Origin: an uncultured delta proteobacterium
GTDB taxonomy: Bacteria > Desulfobacterota > Desulfomonilia > UBA1062
Reading direction: 5' to 3'
Length of the DNA: 64,000 bases
Assembly: GCA_963785235.1 (NCBI GenBank)
Contig: CAWAUM010000007.1
Coordinates: forward strand, 64,001-128,000
Of this stretch, positions 51,598 through 61,732 are shown piece by piece (the stretch's first letter is position 1; every line of letters starts with the position of its first letter). The notes beneath the pieces are model-generated. The model ran no database searches. It saw only the letters and a list, made by a program, of their open reading frames with translations, and was not told the origin of the DNA. A program made the position numbers and the translations under genes.

Positions 51598-53284
51598 ATG
51601 AAAGTAATAATTGTCGGCGGAGTGGCGGGTGGCGCGTCGTGTGCGGCGCGCCTGCGGAGATTGGATGAAAAGGCGGAAATACTCATGGTGGAACGCGGGC
51701 CGTATGTCTCCTACGCGAACTGCGGGCTTCCCTACCATATCAGCGGCGTGATCGAAAAAGAGGCATGCCTCCTGGTGGCCACGGAAGCGACGTTCCGTGA
51801 GCAGTTCGCAGTGGATTGCCGCACGAACTGCGAGGCGGTCGGGATTGATGCGAAAAAGAAGACCGTGGAGCTGAAGAACCACGCCACCGGCGAGGTGTCC
51901 ACCGAGCACTACGACAAGCTCGTGCTTTCTCCCGGGTCGGCGCCGATCCGTCCGCCACTGCCGGGTATCGACCTCCCGGGGATCTTTTCGGTGCGGACCG
52001 TGCCGGACGCCCGAGACATACGCGCCTGGATTGGACGCAACGACGTGCCGGACCATTCGGAAACAGGCTACCAGGCCGTGACGCCAGCCAAGCGCGCGGT
52101 GGTGATCGGCGGCGGATTCATCGGACTTGAGATGGCCGAGAACCTGGTGCACCTCGGGCTCGAGGTCACCGTGGTTGAGATGCTCGATCAGGTCATGCCC
52201 CCGCTTGATCCGGAAATGGCACGCCTGGTCGAGTCCCACCTGGAGAAGCATGGTGTCCGCCTGGCGCTGGGCGACGCGGTGGCCGGCTTCAGGCAGGCGG
52301 AGCATGGTTCGCTCGAGGTGCTCACGAAATCAGGGAAAACGCATCCGGCGGACATCGTGATCATGGCCATCGGTGTGCGTCCTGAGACTGAGCTGGCAAA
52401 GATGGCCGCCATCGAGATCGGGGAGCGCGGGGGGATCCGCGTGGACGAGCATATGCGCACGAGCGACCCGGATATTTTCGCCGTGGGAGATGCCGTCGAG
52501 GTAAGGGATTTCGTTACAGGCCAGTGGTCGCTCATCCCGCTTGCAGGGCCTGCGAACCGTCAGGGCCGCATCGCGGCTGATGTGATCGTCGGGCGCGACT
52601 CGCGTTACCGGGGCACGCAGGGCACTTCCATCTGTCTCGTCTTCGATGCAGCGGTGGCCTCGACCGGAGTCAGTGAAAAGATCCTTATCAGACTGGGCGA
52701 CACGGATTACGAAAAGATCTATCTCTACCCGAACTCGCACGCAGGGTATTACCCGGGCGCCAAGCTGCTCGCAATAAAAGTCCTGTTCCGGAAATCCGAC
52801 GGCCGTCTCCTGGGCGCGCAGGTGCTCGGCCAGGACGGCGTTACCAAGCGGATCGATTCCTTTGCCATGGCTATCCAGATGGGATGCACCATTTACGACC
52901 TGGAAGAGGCCGAGCTGAGCTACGCGCCCCCGTTCGGCAGCGCCAAGGACCCGGTCAACTTCGCCGGGATGGTGGCCGCTAATATCTTGCGCGGCGACAT
53001 GCCGGTGTGCCCACTGGGATGCGGCGCAGGGAGGGTTCCTCCTCGATGTGCGCAATCCGCCCGAACTGGCCGTTGAGCAGGCGCCGGGTGTGGTCAACAT
53101 ACCGCTGCCGGAGCTCCGTGCACGCCTGGGCGAGCTGCCCCGCGAGCGCGAGATTTTCGTGATCTGCCGCTCGGCCCAGCGCGCCTACTATGCGACGCGC
53201 ATCCTGCTGCAGAACGGGTTCAAGGCCCGCAACATCTCCGGCGGCATGCTGGTGCGTTCGCACCTGGCGGTGGGATGGAAATAA
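51598..53284 (+). CDS. CoA-disulfide/persulfide reductase with C-terminal rhodanese domain (CoADR-RHD/Npsr-like); indel near 53010
   Basis: GGVAGGAS, SYANCGLPY, GGGFIGLEMAE, FAVGDA, LAGPANRQG, HAGYYPG, YAPPFGSAKDP; rhodanese CRSAQR in ORF 53048-53284. Confidence 0.9.
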
Positions 53285-53307
53285 ATAGTGAACGCAAGGA
53301 GCACAAT

Positions 53308-53817
53308 ATGACTGAACAAAATCTTCCCAAAGGAAAACAGACGGTGCTGGGGCTCTATGTGACGGCAAAGGAGGCCTACGAGAAGTGGAAGGCCGAGCCG
53401 GACAGGGTGATGATCCTCGACGTACGCACACCGGAAGAGTACCTCTTCATCGGCCACCCGGCCATGGCCTGGAAGATCCCCATCGCGGCCCAGGAGTATG
53501 AGTGGGACGCCGGCAAGGGGAAGTTCCCCATGAAGCTCCTCACCGATTTCGTTGAGCGGGTGAGCTCCGTGGCCGGGCCAGATGACACGATCCTCGTCAC
53601 GTGTCGCTCCGGCGGCCGCAGCGCCATTGCCGCCAACCTGCTTGCCCAGGCCGGGTACAAGAAGGTCTACAACATCATCGACGGCGTGGAAGGGGACGCG
53701 GTTGAAGATCCTGACAGCGTCTTCCTGGGTCAGCGCCTGAAGAACGGATGGAAGAACTCGGGATGTCCGTGGACATACAAGCTCACGCCCGACAGACTGC
53801 TGCTTCCAAAAGCATGA
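53308..53817 (+). CDS. single-domain rhodanese / sulfurtransferase
   Basis: ILDVRTPEEY..IGH, TCRSGGRS, YNIIDGVEG, GWKNSG.PW. Confidence 0.9.
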   Translation: MTEQNLPKGKQTVLGLYVTAKEAYEKWKAEPDRVMILDVRTPEEYLFIGHPAMAWKIPIAAQEYEWDAGKGKFPMKLLTDFVERVSSVAGPDDTILVTCRSGGRSAIAANLLAQAGYKKVYNIIDGVEGDAVEDPDSVFLGQRLKNGWKNSGCPWTYKLTPDRLLLPKA

Positions 53818-53941
53818 TAGGCGGGCTTGCAGGAGGGACAACAACTTGAAAGGAAAGGGACCATGAGCGATGTAAGGCAGTTCCTTCAGCCCACAGGCCA
53901 TTTAACAGCAATGCATTTTATAATTTGAAAGGAAAAAGATT

Positions 53942-54816
53942 ATGGACATTATGACTTGGTTCAACATCACAGTGGTCGTGTTTACCGTGGCTAATCTGAT
54001 GGCCGGGGGCCTTGAGTGCGATCTGAAAGAAGCGGTCAAGTTGTTGAAAAGCCCCACGCTCTTCGTGCCGACCCTTTTTTGGGGCTGGGTGGCCGGGCCG
54101 GCCCTTGCCTGGCTGATCATCCAAGTGCTTCCGCTGTCGGCGGGACATGCCGCCGGGCTGATGTTGTGCAGCTTGGCGCCCATTGCGCCGTTCCTGCCGC
54201 TGGCGGCGATGAAGGCCCGTGGCGACATGACCTTCACCGGAGCCTACATCCTGCTGGGGACGGTCGTTACCGTCTTGTTGATGCCGCTGATGGCACCTCT
54301 GCTGATCAAGGGGCTGACCTTGAGCACCTGGCCGCTCGCGAAGCCGCTCATCATATTGGTGCTGATTCCTTTGCTGCTTGGCATTGTCATCCGGTTTTAC
54401 AAGCCGGCAGTGGCCGCCAAGATATTTAAACCGGTCAAGAAAACCGGCGGCATCTTCCTGCTGCTCTGCCTGGGGACGTGCCTGTGGATCTACGGCATGC
54501 AAATGCTCGGCACGGTGGGCAGCTTTGCCACGGCCGCTTGGGTCATCTTCATGGTCGTGATGGCCGTGCTGCCGTATCTGATTGGCTTCGGCATGAAACA
54601 GAATCAGCGCAGCGTCATGGCAATCGGCCAGAGCTCGCGGAATATTTCGGCCGGGTTCGTGGCGTTCTTTGGTATTACCAACCCGCCCGAGGGGATGTTC
54701 CTGATGGTTGTGCTGGTGGTTCCGCTGCACGTCATCATCGGGCTCTTATCGGTGCCGCCCATATTCGCCAGGCTGGCCGGCAAGACCGTGAAACCGCTGA
54801 GGAAGTTGCGGCATGA
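53942..54816 (+). CDS. bile acid:sodium symporter (BASS/SBF) family transporter; indel near 54790 hides the stop
   Basis: Multi-TM; MAGGLE, SLAPIAPFLP, LIPLLLG, GQSSRNIS; adding one base restores VETAEEVAA-stop at 54816. Confidence 0.8.
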
Positions 54817-54929
54817 ACATCATCCGGAAGATCTCCAGCCTGCTGCAGCGCGATTTTCCTGGAGTGAGGCACACAAGCATTACGATGAATCTCGAAAAGC
54901 ACAGAAGCTCAGAAATATGGAGGTATGCA

Positions 54930-55757
54930 ATGAGTACGTTCAAATCGACAATGGTCCTGATGGTGTTCCTGGCAACGGCTCTGGCGGCATGGGCGCAGGA
55001 GCCTGCCACGGAAGGGGCAAGCGCGCAGCAGGATCAGGCGGCGGAACTGGCGAAAAAGGCGCAGAATCCGGTAGCGGACCTGATGATCATGCCGCTGCAG
55101 TACAACATCGATTTCGGCATCGGCCCTGCGGACGCGTCCCAGCAGACGCTGAAATTCATGCCGGTCATTCCGTTTTCGCTGGGCACGGAGTGGAACCTGA
55201 TCACCCGCACCATCATACCATGGATCGATGCGGAGTCGCCGGTGGAAGGCGGCGAGGACTATTCCGGTCTGGGCGACATCCAGCAGAGCTTCTTCTTCAC
55301 GCCCAAAGAGCCGGTGGGTGGATGGATCATGGGAGCGGGACCGATCATCCAGTACCCGTCGGCCACCGAAGATGCGCTCGGCAGCGAGAAGTGGGGCGCA
55401 GGGCCCTCGTTCATTGTGCTGAAGCAGAAGAACGGATGGACCATTGGCATGCTCGCGAACCACGTCTGGTCGTTCGCCGGGAATGACGACCGGGAAAATG
55501 TCAACGTGACGTTCCTGCAGCCGTTCCTCGCCAAGACAACGAAGACCTATACGACGTTGTCCGTGAACACGGAGTCGATCTATGACTGGAAAAACAGCCA
55601 GTGGACGGTCCCCATCAACGTCTCCCTCGGACAGATGATCAAGGTCGGGAAGCTACCCATCAGTCTGGAGCTCGGCTACCGCTATTACGCGGAAAAGCCC
55701 GACGGCGGCCCGGATTGGGGGCTGCGCGCCTTCGTCAAGTTCCTGTTCCCGAAATAG
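54930..55757 (+). CDS. outer-membrane beta-barrel channel (AELAKKAQNPVADL family, MetA-pathway/CoxB-like)
   Basis: Signal peptide, PVIPFSL..EWNLITRTIIP, GLGDIQQSFFF, LGSEKWGAGP, WTVPIN, ends FLFPK; RBS GGAGG. Confidence 0.8.
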   Translation: MSTFKSTMVLMVFLATALAAWAQEPATEGASAQQDQAAELAKKAQNPVADLMIMPLQYNIDFGIGPADASQQTLKFMPVIPFSLGTEWNLITRTIIPWIDAESPVEGGEDYSGLGDIQQSFFFTPKEPVGGWIMGAGPIIQYPSATEDALGSEKWGAGPSFIVLKQKNGWTIGMLANHVWSFAGNDDRENVNVTFLQPFLAKTTKTYTTLSVNTESIYDWKNSQWTVPINVSLGQMIKVGKLPISLELGYRYYAEKPDGGPDWGLRAFVKFLFPK

Positions 55758-55782
55758 GCTTACGAGTAAAGGAGACTTTTCG

Positions 55783-58512
55783 ATGAATGCCGAACAGACC
55801 CGTCTTGAAGAAGCCCGGAAGAAGAAGGCCCCCTGGAAGAAATGGGGACCTTACCTGAGCGAGCGTCAGTGGGGAACCGTCCGCGAGGACTACAGCGAAA
55901 GCGGGGACGCCTGGAACTACTTCACCCATGACCATGCCCGTTCGCGGGCCTACCGCTGGGGCGAAGACGGCCTTGCCGGCATTTCCGATGAAAAACAGAT
56001 CCTGTGCTTCGCGCTGGCCCTGTGGAACGGCGAAGACCCTATCCTGAAAGAACGCCTGTTCGGGCTCACCGGCGGCGAGGGGAATCACGGCGAGGATGTG
56101 AAGGAATACTACTTCTATCTCGATTCCACACCCACCCACTCGTACATGAAGTACCTCTACAAATACCCCCAGGCCGCCTATCCCTATGACAATCTGGTCG
56201 CCACGAACCGTGACCGCGGCCGGGGCAAACCGGAATACGAACTGCTCGACACGGGCGTGTTTGACCAGGACCGCTATTTTGACGTCTTTGTGGAATACGC
56301 CAAGGCCTCCCCCGAAGACCTGCTCATTCAGGTCACCGTGCACAACCGCGGCCCGGAAACCGCCACGCTCCAGCTCCTGCCCACCCTCTGGTTCCGCAAT
56401 GACTGGTCGTGGGGGCAGGATGTTGCGCGGCCTGTCCTTTGTCAGTTGGCCCATGATAAGACCGGCGGGATCGTCGAGCTTTCGCATCAAAATCTCGGTG
56501 AGCGCTTCTTTTTCGCAGAGGGTGCAACTGATCTCCTGTTCACGGAGAATGAAACCAATACGGAGCGCCTCGTCGGCATGCCCAATCCATCACCGTACGT
56601 GAAAGACGGCATCAACAACTATATCGTTCATGGTAAAAAAGATGCAGTCAATCCCGGGAATAAGGGGACGAAAGTATCGGCCCATTACCCGCTCACACTT
56701 AAGGCCGGTGAATCGCGCACGATCCGCCTGCGGCTCAGCGATCAGCCGGTGAAGGGCTCAAAAAAAGCCCTTGGTCAACTTTTCGGCAAGGCCTTTGAAT
56801 CCGTATTCAAGGCCCGGCTCGCCGAGGCTGATGAGTTCTATGCAACCGTCATTCCCCCCTCGCTGGACACCGACCAAGCCCTGGTCATGCGGCAGGCCCT
56901 GGCCGGGATGCTCTGGTCCAAGCAGTTCTATTTCTTTGACGTGGGCAAATGGCTCAAACAGCACGGCATTCAACCATACAAGGTGAATCAGCGTTCCATA
57001 CGCAACGACCACTGGGGACACATGGTCAATGCAGACGTTATCTCCATGCCGGACAAATGGGAATATCCCTGGTACGCCGCCTGGGACCTGGCCTTCCATG
57101 TCACGGCCCTGACCCTGGTGGATCAGGACTTCGGCAAGGAGCAGCTTGAACTCTTCCTGAAGGCCCGTTATCTTCACCCCAGCGGCCAGATCCCGGCCTA
57201 TGAGTGGAACTTCGGCGACGTCAACCCCCCGGTCCATGCCTGGTCAACGATCTACACCTACCTGACGGAGAAGGCTCATGATGGCAAGGGTGATATCGCC
57301 TGGCTCGAGCGCTGTTTCCACATGCTGCTGTTCAACTTCAACTGGTGGGTGAACAGAAAGGACCGCAACGGGAACAATGCCTTCGAAGGGGGCTTCCTGG
57401 GGCTGGACAATATCGGGGTCTTCGACCGGTCCGCGCCTCTTCCCACCGGCGGATATCTTGAACAGGCAGACGGCACGGCCTGGATGGCGCTGTTCTGCCA
57501 GAACATGGTCGAGATCAGCGCGGAGCTTGCGATAACCAATCCGGCCTATATGAATCTCACCTTGAGATTTTTAAGACACTTCCTCCTGATCGCTTCGGGC
57601 ATGATCCGGCCGGGCGAGGAAGCCGGTATGTGGGACGAGCAGGACGGTTTCTTCTACGATGTGCTTCGCTTGCCGGACGGGCGGTGCGAACGTCTGAAGG
57701 TCCGCTCCATGGTCGGGCTGCTGCCGTTATGCGCGGTGACTATTTTCGAAGGGAAGTTGTTGACCAAATACCCTGAGGCCGCCTCGGCCATGCGTGGGTA
57801 TCTCCAGGCATACCCCGAGCTGATGGCTTTCATCCATGACCCGGCCAAGCCCGGGCACAAAGACCGACGCCTGGGATCGATCCTGAATGAAGACAATCTC
57901 AGAAGGGTGCTGAAGATCATGCTGGATGAGAAGGAATTCCTGAGCCCCTTCGGGATCCGGGCCATCTCGCGCATTCACCAGGATCACCCCTTTTCCTATC
58001 GGGTCGGCGATCAGGAGTACCGGGTGTCGTATCTTCCAGGGGAGTCGGACAACGCCATGTTCGGAGGCAATTCCAACTGGCGCGGCCCCATCTGGATGCC
58101 GGTCAACATGCTGATCCTCCGCGCGCTGCTTCAGTACTACCTGTATTACGGGGACTCATTCACCATCGAGTGCCCGACTGGGTCGGGCAAGCAGATGAAC
58201 CTCTACCAGGTGGCCCAGGAGATCGGGAGCCGGCTGGCCACTATCTTCCTGAAGGATAAGAACGGGAAGCGGCCCGTGCACGGGGCGGAGCGAAAATTCC
58301 AGGAAGATCCACACTGGAAAGATTATCCCCTGTTCTACGAATACTTCCACGGTGACACCGGCGTCGGCGTCGGCGCGAGCCACCAGACAGGATGGACCGG
58401 GGCGATCGCGCGCATAATGCATCTGTTTGCGTCTTACGATGCGGGCACTATGCTTGAGAGCGGCAAGGAAAAAGTCATGGCCGAGGACCATCACCCAGGG
58501 AGAAAGAAGTGA
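55783..58512 (+). CDS. glycoside hydrolase family 63 (MGH1-like) glucosidase
   Basis: WGPYLSERQWGTVREDYS, MPDKWEYPWYAAWD, AYEWNFGDVNPP, GGFLGLDNIG, GNSNWRGPIW, FYEYFHGD, ASHQTGWTG. Confidence 0.9.
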   Translation: MNAEQTRLEEARKKKAPWKKWGPYLSERQWGTVREDYSESGDAWNYFTHDHARSRAYRWGEDGLAGISDEKQILCFALALWNGEDPILKERLFGLTGGEGNHGEDVKEYYFYLDSTPTHSYMKYLYKYPQAAYPYDNLVATNRDRGRGKPEYELLDTGVFDQDRYFDVFVEYAKASPEDLLIQVTVHNRGPETATLQLLPTLWFRNDWSWGQDVARPVLCQLAHDKTGGIVELSHQNLGERFFFAEGATDLLFTENETNTERLVGMPNPSPYVKDGINNYIVHGKKDAVNPGNKGTKVSAHYPLTLKAGESRTIRLRLSDQPVKGSKKALGQLFGKAFESVFKARLAEADEFYATVIPPSLDTDQALVMRQALAGMLWSKQFYFFDVGKWLKQHGIQPYKVNQRSIRNDHWGHMVNADVISMPDKWEYPWYAAWDLAFHVTALTLVDQDFGKEQLELFLKARYLHPSGQIPAYEWNFGDVNPPVHAWSTIYTYLTEKAHDGKGDIAWLERCFHMLLFNFNWWVNRKDRNGNNAFEGGFLGLDNIGVFDRSAPLPTGGYLEQADGTAWMALFCQNMVEISAELAITNPAYMNLTLRFLRHFLLIASGMIRPGEEAGMWDEQDGFFYDVLRLPDGRCERLKVRSMVGLLPLCAVTIFEGKLLTKYPEAASAMRGYLQAYPELMAFIHDPAKPGHKDRRLGSILNEDNLRRVLKIMLDEKEFLSPFGIRAISRIHQDHPFSYRVGDQEYRVSYLPGESDNAMFGGNSNWRGPIWMPVNMLILRALLQYYLYYGDSFTIECPTGSGKQMNLYQVAQEIGSRLATIFLKDKNGKRPVHGAERKFQEDPHWKDYPLFYEYFHGDTGVGVGASHQTGWTGAIARIMHLFASYDAGTMLESGKEKVMAEDHHPGRKK

Positions 58513-58596
58513 CGAAACTTCAAAACCCATCGCTCTGCCAGGTCAACACACGGGTCTGAAGGCGATTACCCTAGAACGTAAAAAGGAGGTTACCCT

Positions 58597-59643
58597 ATGA
58601 AAGCGATTACAGTAGAACCCGGAAAGGCCGGGACAGTCCGGTACGAAGATTTTCCGGAGCCCGATGTGCGTGAGGGCTCGGTCCTGGTTGAAGCCATTGC
58701 CGCCGCTGTCTGTGGGACAGACATCGAGATTGCCGAAGGGAAATACGGCTGGGCGCCTCCGGGAAATACGCGTCTGATACTGGGACATGAATCGCTGGGC
58801 CGCGTCATCGATCCGGGTCCAAACAGCTCATTCAAAAAGGGTGACCTGGTGTCCGGGATGGTCCGGCGACCGGACCCGGTTCCCTGCCCCAATTGTGCGG
58901 TAGGCGAGGCTGATATGTGCAGCAACGGCCAGTACACCGAGCGGGGAATCAAGGAAATCCACGGGTTCATGTCGGAACGGTGGCGCATCGAACCGGAATA
59001 CGCCATCAAGGTGGACCCAACGCTGGGAATCCTCGGCGTGCTTCTCGAGCCGACAACGGTGATCATAAAAGCATTGGAGCAGGTCCAAGCGGTGGGACAA
59101 CGATCCTTCTGGGAACCCAAGACCCTGCTCGTGACCGGAGCGGGACCGATTGGTCTCCTGGCGGCCGCTGTAGTAAGTCTTACAGAAATCGAGGTCCATG
59201 TCCTCGATCGTAACAAAACCGGACCGAAGCCGGAACTCGTGGCCGCCCTCGGTGCGACGTATCACTCCGGGAGCATGTTGGATCTCGGATTCGAGCCGGA
59301 CGTCATCGTCGAGTGTACGGGTGCGGGATCGGTGATTGCGGACTCGATCCAGAAGATCGGAGCGGGCGGGATCGTCTGCCTCACCGGCGTCGGAGCGGGC
59401 GGTGTCGCCAGCCGGGCCGTAGGGGACGTCGCGGCGGCAGCGGTCCTGAAGAACAATGTGATTGTCGGCAGCGTGAATGCCAACAAGCGCCACTGGTACA
59501 AGGCGAATGACAGGTTGGGCCGACTGGACCGGGCATGGCTGAGCCGCCTGATCACCCGCTATGAAAAGCCGGAGAATTTCAGTCAGGCCCTGAAGAGAGG
59601 ACCCGATGACATCAAAATTGTCATAGAGTTTTCAAAGATATGA
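58597..59643 (+). CDS. Zn-dependent MDR glucose 1-dehydrogenase-like protein
   Basis: CGTD, GHESLG, VRRP..CPNC...C, YTERGI, LLEP, GAGPIG, GSVNAN. Confidence 0.85.
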   Translation: MKAITVEPGKAGTVRYEDFPEPDVREGSVLVEAIAAAVCGTDIEIAEGKYGWAPPGNTRLILGHESLGRVIDPGPNSSFKKGDLVSGMVRRPDPVPCPNCAVGEADMCSNGQYTERGIKEIHGFMSERWRIEPEYAIKVDPTLGILGVLLEPTTVIIKALEQVQAVGQRSFWEPKTLLVTGAGPIGLLAAAVVSLTEIEVHVLDRNKTGPKPELVAALGATYHSGSMLDLGFEPDVIVECTGAGSVIADSIQKIGAGGIVCLTGVGAGGVASRAVGDVAAAAVLKNNVIVGSVNANKRHWYKANDRLGRLDRAWLSRLITRYEKPENFSQALKRGPDDIKIVIEFSKI

Positions 59644-60448
59644 TGGAAGATTCAAACGACCGGCGTATCCCCTGGGCGCTTTTCGCCTCTGAACTGATCG
59701 GGACGGCAGTGCTCGTTCTGGTCGGCCTGTCTCTGGTCATCTTCATGTTTGGAGCCGGCACCCCTATGGCGCGCCTGATCCCAGGCGAAGGGCTGAGGCG
59801 CCTGATCACCGGTTTTCTCTTCGGTACAACAGGCGCCTGCATTGCGCTCTCTCCGGTTGGGAAGGTGAGCGGAGCGCATATCAACCCGGTCGTAACACTC
59901 GGGTTCCGGCTCATGGGCAAACTCGACGTGCAGACAACCCTCGGATATATCGCGGCTCAGCTGCTCGGCGCGGTCGTGGGGTCGCTGCCGCTTCTTTTAT
60001 GGGGAGCGATGGGGAAAAGCGTGGCCTTTGGAGCGACCTTACCGGGTTCCGACTGCACCCTCTCGGACAGTCTTCCTGGGCGAAGTGATCACCACGTTTA
60101 TGATGGTCGCCCTGCTCTGTGTCTTTCTTGGTTTCCGGACAATCCGTCCCTTCACGCCGGCAATCTTCCCCCCTCTCTACGCGATCATGGTGTGGGCTGA
60201 GGCGCCGATCTCGGGCACCAGCACAAATCCCGCACGCAGCCTTGGCCCGTCGGTCATCTCCGGGCAGTGGCAGGACTGGTGGATCTACTGGATCGGGCCC
60301 ATGGCCGGAATGCTTCTGGCCGTTATCGCCTGCAGTTTCCTTGCGAAGCGCATCGAAGTCGCCAAACTGTACTACTTCGACAGCGACCGCGACCGATCTG
60401 TTTCGCCGCATGGCCATGCCCAGGCCGCCCGGAGGTGCAGACATATGA
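59640..60448 (+). CDS. MIP/aquaporin-family channel; indel near 60060, 3' end uncertain
   Basis: SELIGT, SGAHINPVVT in ORF 59640-60200; GEVITTF, GTSTNPARSLGP, WIYWIGP in ORF 60028-60498. Confidence 0.85.
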
Positions 60449-60508
60449 ACGGCCTGTGGTTTGTGAATCAGTTTGAAAAAAGCTCAATAAAACTTTAAAG
60501 GAAGTACT

Positions 60509-61642
60509 ATGGATGAGGAACGAACGGACTTGACAGAGAGCCAAAACACTGTCACCCCAGGCGGACAGCGGTTCGTCGTTATCTGGGCGGTCTGCCTGCT
60601 GCTCATGTATGTGGTGGGCGCTTCCTTCGGGGTAGCCAAACTCCGCGGCTATGCAGCAGAGTCTGCCAAAACCAGGGAGGCCCGGATTGCGTCTCCGACC
60701 ATGGAGCTGAACGCCAAGGCACCCGATCTTAAGTTCCCGTCCAGTGCAAGACAGGTGGATGTGCTGGTGGGGGGCAGCATCAACCGTATCGGGGAATTCT
60801 CCCTGAGGGAGTCGGCCATGACCGCAGACTTCAACCTCTGGTTCAGCTGGAACAGTGATGCGGTGAACCCGGGCAAGGGCTTCCGCATCGTGAACGGCCA
60901 GATCCTGCAGCAGGAGAACGTGGAGAGCTCCCACAGCGGCAAGGAGCACTATGCGGAGTATCGCATTGTGGCGCGGATGACGGAAGATTTCGACTCCTCT
61001 CGTTTCCCGTTCGGCGAAAATGGGCTGTTTATCCAGGTGGAGGATGACACCCATGGGGCAGAGGCCCTCCGCTATGTTGCGGACAAACAGGGAAGCAGGA
61101 TAGACCCTGAGGCAATGCCGCGCGGACTGAAGCTTACCAGGTTTCTGGCAGCCACCAAGACCGGCATCCACAAATCCGGGCAGAAAAGCCCCGGCCCTGC
61201 GGGCAATAATTGGAAGACCCGCTCCCAGTTCATCCTGGCCATGCTGGTAATGCCCGACGGCATAGGAATCTATCAGAAGTTGTTCCAGGCGCTCTTCGCC
61301 TCCGTTGCCGTGGCCCTGATCGCCCTGTTCATCAAGCCCACCCACGTCGACTGCCGCTTCGGGCTCCCGGTGGGCGGCTTCTTCACCAGCGTGGGCAACA
61401 ACATTTTTGTCGGCACGCTTCTGCCCCATTCAGACCGCCTCGCACTCACCGATATGGTGAACGCCACCGGCCTGTTCACCATCTTCTTTATCCTGCTTCA
61501 GTCGGTGATCTCGCTGCACATCTATGACACCATGGGCAACGAGCGGCTGTCCCGTTTCTTTGACCGGGTTTCATTCGCGGTGTTTCTGCTCGGGTACATG
61601 GCCGTCAACCTGGCCCTGCCCCTCGCGGCAAGGCCGTTATGA
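60509..61642 (+). CDS. prokaryotic pentameric ligand-gated ion channel-like protein with N-terminal TM
   Basis: ADFNLWFSW, Pro-loop FDSSRFPFG, four C-terminal TM segments with RFGL..G (M2 start), LPHS..L.LTD (M2-M3), LSRFFDR..F (M4). Confidence 0.65.
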   Translation: MDEERTDLTESQNTVTPGGQRFVVIWAVCLLLMYVVGASFGVAKLRGYAAESAKTREARIASPTMELNAKAPDLKFPSSARQVDVLVGGSINRIGEFSLRESAMTADFNLWFSWNSDAVNPGKGFRIVNGQILQQENVESSHSGKEHYAEYRIVARMTEDFDSSRFPFGENGLFIQVEDDTHGAEALRYVADKQGSRIDPEAMPRGLKLTRFLAATKTGIHKSGQKSPGPAGNNWKTRSQFILAMLVMPDGIGIYQKLFQALFASVAVALIALFIKPTHVDCRFGLPVGGFFTSVGNNIFVGTLLPHSDRLALTDMVNATGLFTIFFILLQSVISLHIYDTMGNERLSRFFDRVSFAVFLLGYMAVNLALPLAARPL

Positions 61643-61732
61643 GAGGTGGTGCCATGACAACAGGATATCAAAATGACTGGTTCCGCTTCGATCAAGCAGG
61701 GTTGTTAGTAAACAAGAACAGGAGGTAGGACA

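Noticed and set aside
53942-55486. 514-aa ORF as a transporter fused to a novel C-terminal domain
   Set aside because: The tail is an off-frame reading of the next gene caused by a missing base near 54790.
41394-61429. Long minus-strand ORFs (41394-42395, 42438-43874, 46638-47564, 50062-51165, 51247-52305, 60323-61429)
   Set aside because: Antisense shadows of well-supported GC-rich plus-strand genes; no recognisable motifs.
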